Shown here piece after piece: positions 11,620 through 21,807 of a stretch of DNA of 64,000 nt. The notes beneath the pieces are model-generated. The model was not told the origin of the DNA. It made no database searches and was given only the letters and a program-made list of their open reading frames with translations. The stretch comes from Rhodosorus marinus CCMP1338 (taxonomy: Eukaryota; Plantae; Rhodophyta). A program made the translations under genes and the position numbers. Every line of letters begins with the position of its first letter. Position 1 is the stretch's first letter. The stretch is from assembly GCA_029953675.1 (NCBI GenBank), contig JAMWBK010000001.1, positions 3,658,001 through 3,722,000 on the forward strand. Reading direction: 5' to 3'.

Positions 11620-12110
11620 TAACGGTCTTGAAATTGAACGTGAGAAGCCAACTCCTGCCTTTCGCATGCTACCAGAATGATAAACGCCGCGTGGCTAACC
11701 TCGTGGTCACCTGTAGCCGCCGTACGACGTACGTTCCTAATCCTCAGGCTAGTCGCGATTTGCCGGCTGCGCTAGAGCGCCGTGGATTTACCGCTGCCAA
11801 AATGAGACGTCGCAAAGAGTTGAAATACGCGGGGGCCTTGTCTTCCCAATGCATTCGTGCTTCGGCTCTAGCTCATCGCCTGGTACCACTGGTCATTGAG
11901 TGCTTTGGGTTTATGGATTCCGTTGGTTCTCGTTGGCTTCGGGAATTGTTCCGCGAACGCCCTGACCATCTGTCCTCGTTGTTTACCCGTTTAAGTTTCT
12001 TGCTGTGGCGTATGAACGATGCTTTGATGTTGGAGGGGCGCGATCTTCGCCGCTGTTAGTCCTTTTTTTCCCGTGGGGATTCTTTTCTTTCAGCCTCCGA
12101 TTGAACAAAT
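11620..12110 (+). mobile_element. RLE non-LTR element 3' fragment, lineage B
   Basis: ORF 11628-12059: KRRVANLVVTC...RRRKELKY...LVPLVIECFGFMDSVGSRWLRELF...LWRMNDAL, followed by a 3' UTR shared with the copies near 13660 and 14100. Confidence 0.8.
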
Positions 12111-12334
12111 TAATTCAATTAACGGTAATCTCGGCAATATCGTTAATGGTTTCCAAAATAGGCCCTAACGAACCCAAAAACGTGGAAAACGAGAAAATTA
12201 TAAACACCGAGAATTACGACCAACTACCGGCCCCTCTAGTAGTAGCAAAAATCAACCTTTTTTCGCCTCCCAAACGGTGGCGGAGGTCCACCCTGTTTCT
12301 TAGAAGCTTGGAAGCGTTTTTGACGGGTTTATTG

Positions 12335-12545
12335 ATGACCCGTTTATTCAGAGCCTAACTACCCTGAGAAGCGAGAAACAAGACGCTGATGACGCGCGTC
12401 CGACAATAAAGCAGCGTTGGAACGCCACAGGGTCAAGGACAGCTCCATGAGGGGGCTATCAAGACGACCTGGGTTGTTTCGAAAGAGCCCACCAAACCAA
12501 CGAGAACCTACACTATCAACTAAACCAAAGCACTCGATGATTCAA
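12335..12545 (-). mobile_element. Diverged lineage A RLE 3' copy
   Basis: GTTTATTCAGAGCCTAACTACCCTGAGAAGCGAGAAACAAGACGCTGATGACGCG and onward homology through GAGAACCTACACTATC. Confidence 0.8.
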
Positions 12546-12559
12546 GTGCGGGGCGCTTC

Positions 12560-13250
12560 TGTGCCTGGGTCGTAGGTGTGCTCCAGCTTGTCATTGCCCG
12601 CGGGTCCTTCAGATTCATGGACAGATTCATCGTCAGCTTCTTCAGACTCAGAACCATCGTCGGGCAATATTTATCGTGGGGACAGACTTATGTTCCCGAG
12701 CAACACCTCCCGACATGCTTTCGTTGGACGACTCCTCCGATCCTTCCGCTGATGAGGTTGCCCGCTTGTAGTAAGTCATTGGGGTTCCTGTTTCATGCTC
12801 AGGGTTGGTCTTTCCACCCTGGGCCCAAGGATGTAAGTCCCAGCAGAGTTTGTTTCCAAGTCAGCCATTCGCTTCTGTAGCTTGCTTAGGAGTCGCTTCT
12901 GCTTATCGTCCGCTGAGGTTCGTACACCCTCATTTCAGAAATTCAACTTCCTAAGCTTCGCGACCGTCATTCTGTTGCGTAGCTTCGTATGACAGAGCCA
13001 CGTCGAAGACCACAATCGCTCACAATCTGAGCCATGTGGACAGAACTCTGTCTATACACGCCCCAAGTTCGCGATTCTAGAGCGTCTTCTTTCGTGGAGG
13101 GACAAAAGCTTGAACTGATCACGGACTATGTGGCCCCACCAGAAAGATTCGGGAGGAAACCGCAATATTCAGATCAACCAATCCCGGAGCTCCTCCCTCC
13201 AGGAACTTTCGCTTGTTGCTTGCTCGCTAGACAATTCTTGGTACAGATTC
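12560..13250 (-). mobile_element. hAT-family transposase C-terminal (dimerisation domain) relic
   Basis: Minus-strand peptide PESFWW...SDCERLWSSTWLCHTKLRNRMTVAKLRKLNF matches the hAT dimerisation motif (ER.WS....H.K.RNR....KL.F). It is followed by an acidic tail (DDGSESEEADDES). In-frame stops are present. Confidence 0.65.
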
Positions 13251-13649
13251 GCCACGACCAAGCAAACACGTTCTTCCCGTGGACATGCCCACTCCCCTCA
13301 GGCGGTGATCCAGCATCCAAGAAACGTATGATACTGGACGAAGTATGTCCCTCATCCGCTTCTCTATTACGTTTAAAATGGCGGCTTGATTCTCCCTTCC
13401 GATGTTTACGTCCTCTGTTAGTATATTCTATGTTGAAGGGGGGCCGATCAAACCTGTATCAGCATCAGCCTGCCTGGTACTGCTGCGATATTGGTTGATT
13501 CTCTCCTTGAGAAGCTTGCACCCTCAATTCCAGCCCCGAATCGCCTAATGTGATGAATTGAGAACCCCTTTTGAGGTGGCAAAACCGAGGTGTTTGTTCG
13601 GGCCAGACCCTCGATTCCGTTGCAGAACACCTGTTTTGTTCTCATTGAA

Positions 13650-13795
13650 ATGAATGGGTTTAATCGGAGACTGAAAGCGAAAAAAAACTGAGTGGAAAAA
13701 ATACAATAAGCGCCGCGAAGATCGAGCTCCTCCAACATCAAAGCAGCGTTCATACGCTACACAGCACCAAGAAACTTAAAAACGGCTAAACAACG
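13650..13795 (-). mobile_element. Lineage B RLE 3' end fragment
   Basis: Reverse complement matches 11985-12100 (GAAGATCG.GC.CCTCCAACATCAAAGCA.CGTTCATACGC). Confidence 0.7.
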
Positions 13796-14089
13796 ATTAG
13801 TGCGACCCCCGATTCCGCTACAGTAGAAAAGAATGCAATTACCGTTTATTACGGTCATAAACACCGCTTTTTTGATGTAAAACAATCAATTTTTCCCGCG
13901 AATCGCTGTTTGTCTTGATTAATATCCTCGATTCCAGCTCATACGCGCCGTGTTTATTTTCAGGTATATTACCCGGTAATTGTAATTAACGGTGCGGGCA
14001 ATTCCTTCTTTGAGAAAAGTGTACTATTACCGCCCTAGTATTAAGTGGTGGTTTTGCTATAAAAGTTGTACTGTTTGAACTTATCTAAT

Positions 14090-15080
14090 GGGAGGCTGAA
14101 AGAAAAGAATCCCGAGGGGGAAGAAAAGACTAAAGGCGGGTAAGATCGCGCCCCTCCAAGGTCAAAGCATCGTTCATAAACTTAAACGGGTAAACAACGA
14201 GGACAGGCGGTCAGGGCGTTTGCGGGACAATTCCCGAAGCCACGAGAACCAACGGAATCCATCCAAAGCACTCAATGACCAGAGGTACCATTCGTCAAAG
14301 CATCGTTCATAAACTTAAAACGGGTAAACAACGAGGACAGGCGGTCAGGGCGTTTGCGGGACAATTCCCGAAGCCAACGAGAACCAACGGAATCCATCCA
14401 AAGCACTCAATGACCAGAGGTACCAGGCGATGAGCTAGAGCCACCCAAGCACGAATGCCTTGGGAAGACAAGGCCCTCGCATATTTCAACTCTTTGCGAC
14501 GTCTCATATTGGCAGCGGCAAATCCACAGCGCTCCAGCGCCGCCGGCAAATAGCGTCTAGCCTGAGGATTAGGAACAGCAAGATCAACGTACGTCGTACG
14601 GCGGCTATCGTCACAGGTGACCACGAGGTCAGCCACGCGGCGTTTAGTCATTCTGGTAGTCTGCGACAGCCAGGGGCTTCTCACGTTCAATTTCAAGACC
14701 GGCTTGATCCTACGATAGACCGATGTTCGCTTTATAACAGGTTCGAGATCCGCGTATGTCGTCGGGTTCGGGCGCCTTTCACAGCGGGGCAGCTGGCGAG
14801 CAAGTGGGCGCCAAAATCCGCGGTATCTTCGTTCTGAGAGCATAGAGGGCACGGCGAACCCATCTCGGGTGGCCAGGGCGGCTGATGCAAGCCGAGGTAT
14901 AAACGCAGAGATGTGCGCATTTCGAAATCTGTCAGTGTGAGTGGCGGCAAAGCGGGGACGCTCATGAGCCACTGTGAGCTGGTTAACCCTCCAAGACTAC
15001 GCAGGCGGGCGCAATCTCGGGAAGAAGAGACCATCTGCTCTCGAAGTCGGCCGTAGCAGCACGGTGCAAGTCCCAAGAAA
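14090..15080 (-). mobile_element. Lineage B RLE non-LTR element (knuckle + RLE + 3' UTR) with internal 133-bp tandem duplication
   Basis: CPLC...DFGAHLLASC...RTRRH; KRRVADLVVTCDDSRRTTYVDLAV...KELKY...PLVIECFG. 14161-14290 is duplicated at 14294-14425. Confidence 0.8.
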
Positions 15081-16984
15081 GGGTGTTTTCAACGCATCCG
15101 TGTGTGAGTTATACTGAAGTGGTAATAGTAACTATAACTCAAGGTGTAACCTCAAGACAGGCTGGCAGTGGTAGCCCAGCAGAATCTCTCGCACCTTCCG
15201 ATCTCCTTGGCGCTGGCGCAGCCGACATTCTGGATAAGGGTCTTCTCCATTATTGCTGTCCAAGATTTCCTTGTATCAGGAAATTCGGTTGAGAGAATAA
15301 TCCTGAATTTACTCAGGTGTTTCCAGTTGGGCGTGGGCATCTTTTTTCTGCACGGAGCCTCTCGAGGACGTTGGGGAGTCATCCGCTATGGACTTCAGTG
15401 TCGGTCCTGAGGTGGACCCGCTCGCCATTGAGCCGAGCGCCCCCTCCCCCTTGGCGTTCGGGGTAGGGTTTCCGGCTCCTTGGCGGATGTTTTCGCGTCT
15501 TTGTCTTCTTTGCGTGCCCCTCCCATCAAGCGTTCCCTCTTGACGCCAGTTGAGGGGGAAAATACTCTTGCCCAAGTAGGGACATTCATCCACAGGCCTG
15601 CCTTGCGCCCAATCAGAAACTGGCGAGAGGTTTCGTCTCGCGTCGTATCCCTAGCGAGGCGAGGGTTTTTTGCGGCCCACCCAAGTCGATATCGGCTATT
15701 CAGGTGGCTGTGAACTGGTGACTCGCATGCTGCAGTTGGATGGTCTCAGGGATGAGCCGCTTGGTACGCTCTCGGTCGATTTCGCAAACGTTTTCGCAAT
15801 GTGTCGTGTACTCGCGCGTGAGGTGGTTCGTCAGCTCTTCGCATCTGGCTTTCGTTTCCTGTCATCTTGGGTGAAGAGAGCCACACTTTCGTGGCACATT
15901 TGGGTGTTCAGCGGGGAGACCCCTTAGGGCCTTTCCTGCACACGTTTGGATTGCAATTGGCGTTGTTGCGGGTGATCCGCGTCAGTTCCTGCGGGTCCGA
16001 GTCGTCGCCTTCCATGACATGTTCGCAAATGGCTTGAACGGTTGAGTGAGTATACATACGCCCCAGTGCGCACGGCCCAGGGAGCACGGTCGGCGTTTAC
16101 CTCTTGATGCTTTTGAGAACGCTACGCGCAAGTCGAAGCTCAATATAGACATCCATACCTAAAATGGACGGTACTAAGCAAATCTCTGCGGTCAATAGCC
16201 GCTACTTACATCGGCACTGGCAGATCCTCAAATAGTCCCACTTGCTGAAGCCCCCGCAGAACATTTCGAGGATGGCCTTGGTCTACCTGCCGCACTCGTC
16301 AGGGAAATTTGGAGCATCTATCCTACCACATTATCCGACAAAGGACTGTTAAGAGCTACCAGTGCCTAGGCTCCCAAAGCGCTTAGGAGCCGCAAACCAG
16401 GAGCCTTCCCTACTTGAAGCTAGATGCGTTCACTCTCAAAGCGTTCTTTAGGGCCACCAATGCCGAATCTTGATCGCGGGAAGTCTGCTCTATTACGTAA
16501 GCCTTCTTATTCCAATCTACTCCGATGGAGTTGCTCTCGGCTGCAGGCTAAATGGGTAAAAAGCAGCATTTGCGATGTCCCCATGGCCTTTCAGGTCGGC
16601 GCAATAACAAACTGCTATTCGTGAGACCGCACAGACATCCTCTCAAATGCGGTCCGGAATTACGACCTTGCCTCCATCGAGCTTGCACTCAATAAGACGC
16701 CTTCCTTGAAAATGCAATAAACAAGGCGTCTGTTTCACAGTGCTCTCGACAGGAAACAGAGAGTCCCAGTCTGTCAGTCGCACGTGAACACGGGCAACTG
16801 ATGTTGGTGCTACCCCTGCCCACGCTCGCCACACTTGCTAATGAAAGTTTTATGCTCCCCATTCGAGCGGGGTCATCGTTAGGATGGTCTAAGGATGATC
16901 GTACTTGCTTCAATGAATGTGTCTACTGCCTAGTGCCTTGCCAAGCTTGTTGGATTTGTCGGTTGGTTTGGGACAGAACCCAAT

Positions 16985-17230
16985 CCAAACTTCCAGAGAC
17001 CAGAGCGGAATCCAGTGCTATTCGCATGGGTTGCGATTGTTACAACCATGCTTGGCGGGTTGAGCCGTCCAAAGAAGTACTGCTGCTGCAGTGAGTCAGA
17101 CTCGAGGCGGACCGAGCCCAAGCCAAACTTCCAGAGACCAGAGAGCAATGTAGTGCTATTCGCATAGGTCACAACCCTGGTGTTGATGGCTGACGGGTTC
17201 ACTAGTCCTAACAAGTACTGCAGCTGCAGT
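16985..17230. repeat. Diverged 138-bp tandem duplication
   Basis: CCAAACTTCCAGAGACCAGAG at 16985 and 17123; AAGTACTGC.GCTGCAGT at 17075 and 17213. Confidence 0.85.
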
Positions 17231-17295
17231 TCGTCTGAGATTCGACCTGGAAAGCTGCGTGGAAGAGTGTTGACCAGGAGACGGGTGGACATCTT

Positions 17296-17388
17296 TCGAT
17301 GTGTGTCAAGAACTCGGCAACGTCGATACTCCCATTTCCATCCGCGTCGACCTCACTGATCATCATCCTCAGCACTTCTTCGGATGGA
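17296..17388 (-). pseudogene. Isolated calmodulin-like EF-hand fragment
   Basis: PSEEVLRMMISEVDADGNGSIDVAEFLTH closely follows the calmodulin EF-hand (L..MI.EVDADGNGTIDF.EFL). No other EF-hands were seen in frame. Confidence 0.7.
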
Positions 17389-17520
17389 GTCGAGTTTGTG
17401 TTGGTGCGGGAGAGTGAGAGAGATAAAGTACTCGCAATTACTTTTTTGGGAGACGTTGAGGCTGCGGGGGGTGGCAAGCCGATTCTTTCGGAGAGCTGTG
17501 AGATTTCCTGGGTTTTCTTA

Positions 17521-17562
17521 ATTTCCTGAGAATTTCCTGAGAATTTCCTGAGAATTTCCTGA
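17521..17562. repeat. 11-bp minisatellite (ATTTCCTGAGA) x about 4
   Basis: Direct reading, with a degenerate extra unit at about 17503. Confidence 0.9.
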
Positions 17563-17992
17563 ATTAATGGAAGGGAAGCAGATGAAGGAGCGGACCAGCT
17601 CGGGTAGACGAGCGCTCATGGAGAGAGGGAGGGACGTGCAGCGGGATGGGAAGGTAGGGGGAAGAGGGGGTTGAGATTTAACGAGCTTAGCTCTCATATT
17701 CGTTTGATTGGGACTGGAAGGAGAGGGGTCGGAAGCGTTGAGTTTTGAGGGACACGATTTTAGTAACCACTAGTCTTGTGCTTGGTTGTGTGTTTTTTGG
17801 GGTGTGTTTTTGCACGCTGCTGAAGTATTTAAGAGGGGCTGGAGGGAGCGAGGGTCAAAGTGATGGGTTAAGAATGTAGACAGACCCGAATGGAGCTGTT
17901 GTAGATTTTTTTCGTTTTCTTGAGTTTGGTCGTACGAGAGTATGAATCTGACTATGCTTGAAAGGGTGTTCAGAGGCGGGTAATACAACCGA

Positions 17993-20457
17993 ATGGAGTG
18001 GGAATGGCCGGAGGAGGATAAGCAGCTATTGCAGCAGCTGCAGAGAAAGCAAATCCCTGATCCGGGCGGTAAGCATGCCCGTCAGGATGACAGCGGGGTT
18101 GATTTGGATTTTGTTAGCCCTGGAGAGGTAAGGACGTCATCAGAATTCTCCAGGCATCGCTCACTTATGTCTCACTCGGAGGAATTCTTGCTGACGTCTC
18201 GTCCTCTGTGGTCGTCCGCGTTTCCAGTATGAACAGGCGTTCAAAAGGGATATGCTTGCGTCAACTGCACTCTCCCATGCGCTGAGGAGGATAAAAGCTA
18301 AAACAGCCGGTGCAGCAGTGCCCAAACTGTTCCGACAGCGTCAAGATGCAAACTCCAAAGATGTCGGGGAGAAGGCAGCAGGGAAGAGCAGAGTTACCCT
18401 CCAGGAGCTTAACGATCACAGCAAGCAAGAGCCACTCGCTGATCGAGAAGAATCTACTCCGGATGCGATTGTGAGCAGAACCCATTTCCAACCATTGCAT
18501 AACAAGCGATACCTGTTTACGTCCACTTTGGTGCCTTCGTTACTTCTAAACTGGGCCTTTCAATAGCCCCAGGGCTGCGTGTCGGTTGTTTCTTCACCTC
18601 ATTTCCCAGCTCGGTTTTTAACACGCGGGCATCCTGCTTCTGTTTGTTGCTGTGTGTGATCATGCAGGCCTTACACGAGGCAGCTACGCAGGAGAACAAT
18701 GACCGAGATGAGCGAGGTCCTGATTACGACAAACCAGTCAATCAGAGAACCCCAGTGATGCAGTGGTCCATAAGTAGGCGTGGAGGTCCAGGTCCGAAGA
18801 AGAAGCAGAGCCAGGCGGGGCCCTTTCTCCAACAAGCTTTGGAAGACGTACCGATTACATCGGAAAAGGTAAGCGAGCAACTGTGCGGTAATAAACTGGA
18901 GGTTGGTTGAGCGCTTCTGAGGAAGAGATTTTGCGGCAATGCCAGGAGGAGGACCCTGGAGAAGAAGCTGAAGAGACACCGGAAATTTCTATAGCGAGCT
19001 TACCGGGGCCCACAGCTTCAGCTTCACCGGAGAACTCGACGCCTGTCCTCAAATTCAAGAACGTCCGAGGAGCGTCCCTGGCAAAGCAGCTCAGCATTGC
19101 TTCCGACAGCAGCGAAAATCCCGAGAACTCCTCAAGTCCTAGAGGAAAAACCGGCCGAGACAAGCCCCGAGTTGTGAACGGAAGAGGCGCAAAGGAGCAG
19201 CAACCGCAACGAACCAAGCTGAGCCGGGGCAGAAGGGCACGGGAAGTAGCGTCCAAGGTCTCGACACCTGTCTTATCAAAGCTCGATGTTGTACCGTCCT
19301 CAATTACGCGGCAAGAGTTTCCTGAGGGTGACCTATCGCAATTGAGGAGACTCTCTGAGGCGCAGATGAATCCGGTTGATATCGCCCTTGTAAGCCAGAC
19401 GAGACTAGACCACCACATGAAAACAACGGAGTCGGTGCCGCCAGAGCCTCCTCCAGGGCATGCTCCGATGCTTTGCTCTGTGCTCAATGTGGCTGTTCGT
19501 TTTCTTTTTCTTATGATACTGTAGACTGTAGATCGTGAGTTGGATGCTGTGGTGTATTCAGTGCTACCAGGAGGGGACGTGAGCGACTCACCGGGAGCGA
19601 AGGGTAACCCAGCAGTGGATGATACGCGACGACGGGGGATTAGGCGAGTAAGGCCACGACGTGGAGGTACGGATGGCTTTGAAGCTTTTTGACATGGTGC
19701 TCTTATTTTGATCCCCCTGAGCCTTCGTCTTCGTCTTTTGTGCTACCAAAAGGTCGCGGGAAGGATCTACTAAGCTTGGATCAGAACGGAGTCGCTACTG
19801 TGGATTTGTCCAACTTGAGCAGGGAGGAGCTGATGGACAGGCTGGAGTTCATGTCGAGAACCTTGATGGAAACGGAGGCTAAATGCGAGCGGTTGGAGCG
19901 CGAAATCGAACTGCAAATAGACAGGTCGAAAGCACTGGGCAATGTCACCTCGGAGGTGCAGAGGATTGAGAGAATCCAAGAGCTGAAGTACGTCGGGCTC
20001 CATACAGCAAGGCTCGACGGGCCCGATCTGGTTAACTCCAGTGAACGCTGCTCACCTCCCTCCCTTGATCAAAAACTTGTTGACAGGTATCAGAAGATTG
20101 AGGCAGACTTACACGAGAACTTTCGAATAGTTGGCTTACTGGAGAGCCGACTGGAGGAAATGCTCGTCAAGCACACCCATCTGAACCGTAGGAGCTTTGC
20201 AAGCAGATTTCTATGGGGCACACTTGACATTTTAACAAATGGTACGCCGAAACATCACTGGGTCCTCTGTGCGATCGGGCCGCGGCTAGGATCGACCCAG
20301 ACCTCATGCCTCACACCTCGTGCCCTTGCTAAAGCCCCAGTCTTCACGCTTTGCTCGTTCAGTCGCCGTTTTCGCGGTGCAATATCTGGTCGTCAAGCCG
20401 TACAGTTTCCTGGTGACCGCCACTCAGGAGGGACCAAATGAACGACTTCGGAACTGA
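17993..20457 (+). CDS. Multi-exon hypothetical protein (low-complexity N-terminal half, C-terminal coiled coil); exon boundaries approximate
   Basis: ATG at 17993 after a G/T-rich leader. Successive open segments (17993-18125, 18290-18480, 18665-18870, 18905-19490, 19750-20240) are bounded by GT/AG pairs. Heptad-rich stretch ELMDRLEFMSRTLMETEAKCERLEREIELQ. No family recognised. Confidence 0.5.
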
Positions 20458-21045
20458 TATCTCAATCGAAAGAAATGCTGCACTCGGGAATACACCCCGA
20501 TTCCGCCCAGCCCTATCCGAGAAGGAAGTCTTTTATTTTCTGCCAAAGTTTAGTGCCTTTGGTTTTGGCACGTGTCTTGAATTTACTACATAGCCAACTA
20601 CCCAGAACGCCGCCCACGCTCTGCTGTTCCCGTGCGGATTGCCTGTAGCACGATGCACGATATCCCTGGGTCTGTATATTGAGGTGTAAACGCACCATAT
20701 GAATAGCCAAGTCTCATTATGTCGTTCAGCTCACGAACCCAATTTTCATGGTCCATCGCCCATGGGTGACTTGGGTGGATGAGCTGCTGATCTAGCGTCA
20801 CCACACAACCACCGACCACCACCCCCGCGCCCACCGCACACACACAGAGGGCACAGGTGTGCAGACGTGGGTGTGACTTTGGTGCTGCCTGGACGTACTT
20901 TGAAGAGTTCTACACTTGGGACCATCCAAAAATTCGATCGACTAGCTTCTCAGGCACCGGCTAGTACAGTGCATATCCTAAGTGAACTTGCCGTGAAGGC
21001 GGACGACCATATTCCCAGTCTCTACGGCATCTGGTGTTTGAGGGT

Positions 21046-21807
21046 TCACTTTCTTCTCTGAAGCACATGTTCGAATTCGGTAACACTGCATTCCTGCTTA
21101 AGGTCCTCGTCGTATCCTGCTTGGAAAACGGGCGGAGGTGTGAGAAAAGCATATGGATTCTTAAGGAGCAAGGGGTCCAAAGAACATTCGTGAAGGGACA
21201 CCTTCGGAGTGTGAACTTCAGGCCTTGTTCGCCCTTTCATTTTCGTGATTCCTGAAAGGCTTTTTGCTAATTGCGTACCGAAGAACTCCTGGTTTATAAT
21301 CTCTGTGTCTTCGAAGATGAAACCGCGCTGTCCCTCGATGGTGAGAGGCTCTATTATGTTCCATAAGGATGGACTAGTCCCGCGGCAGTCCAAACCGACA
21401 AAGGGTTTGAACTCTCCGCTGTCGGAATAGACGTGCGGTTCGACCAGTAGAGTCACGTCCGACGTCCGCTCGCAGAACTTGCACTTGATAGTCAGCGTTA
21501 CCTGCAAAAAAAAATAACAAAGGACGTGGGGAGGAGCCAGGCGCGGGGAGCGTTTCAATTGACCATGAAAATTTCTTCCTTCTCCCAAAAGGAATGACGC
21601 AGAGTTTCTCCGAGTCCAGGCGTTCCCACCTACCTTTGCTCCTCTGATCAAGTCCACGCTCATACTCTCATCAAACGTCACCGGCTTGGGAGTATTCTCC
21701 CCGCACGAACCACATGTGAAAACAAAACTCCACGAGTAGTCCGAAGGCGCGCTTACCGAACTCACTCGATCCAACACAGCCCTTATCTGCACTTCGAAAA
21801 CAGGCAT
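21046..21807 (-). CDS. CZIB: CXXC motif zinc-binding protein (DUF866/UPF0587, C1orf123-like), two introns
   Basis: FVFTCGSCGE...IKCKFCER...FKPFVGLDCRG...EFFGYDEDLKQECSVTEF. The ORF-track product reads through two in-frame introns. Confidence 0.9.
   Translation of the reverse strand: MPVFEVQIRAVLDRVSSVSAPSDYSWSFVFTCGSCGENTPKPVTFDESMSVDLIRGAKVGGNAWTRRNSASFLLGEGRNFHGQLKRSPRLAPPHVLCYFFLQVTLTIKCKFCERTSDVTLLVEPHVYSDSGEFKPFVGLDCRGTSPSLWNIIEPLTIEGQRGFIFEDTEIINQEFFGTQLAKSLSGITKMKGRTRPEVHTPKVSLHECSLDPLLLKNPYAFLTPPPVFQAGYDEDLKQECSVTEFEHVLQRRK

Noticed and set aside
4927-12400. Recurring about 55-bp sequence that could look like CRISPR or DGR repeats
   Set aside because: Irregular spacing, both orientations, and the flanks are homologous RLE coding sequence. 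These are retroelement 3' ends; no cas or RT gene is present.
15127-15145. AGTAACTATAACTCAAGGT resembles the 28S rDNA R2 target region (AGTAACTATGACTCTCTTAAGGT), next to RLE elements
   Set aside because: It needs a mismatch plus a 4-nt deletion, has no flanking rDNA similarity and is not at an element junction. Likely chance.
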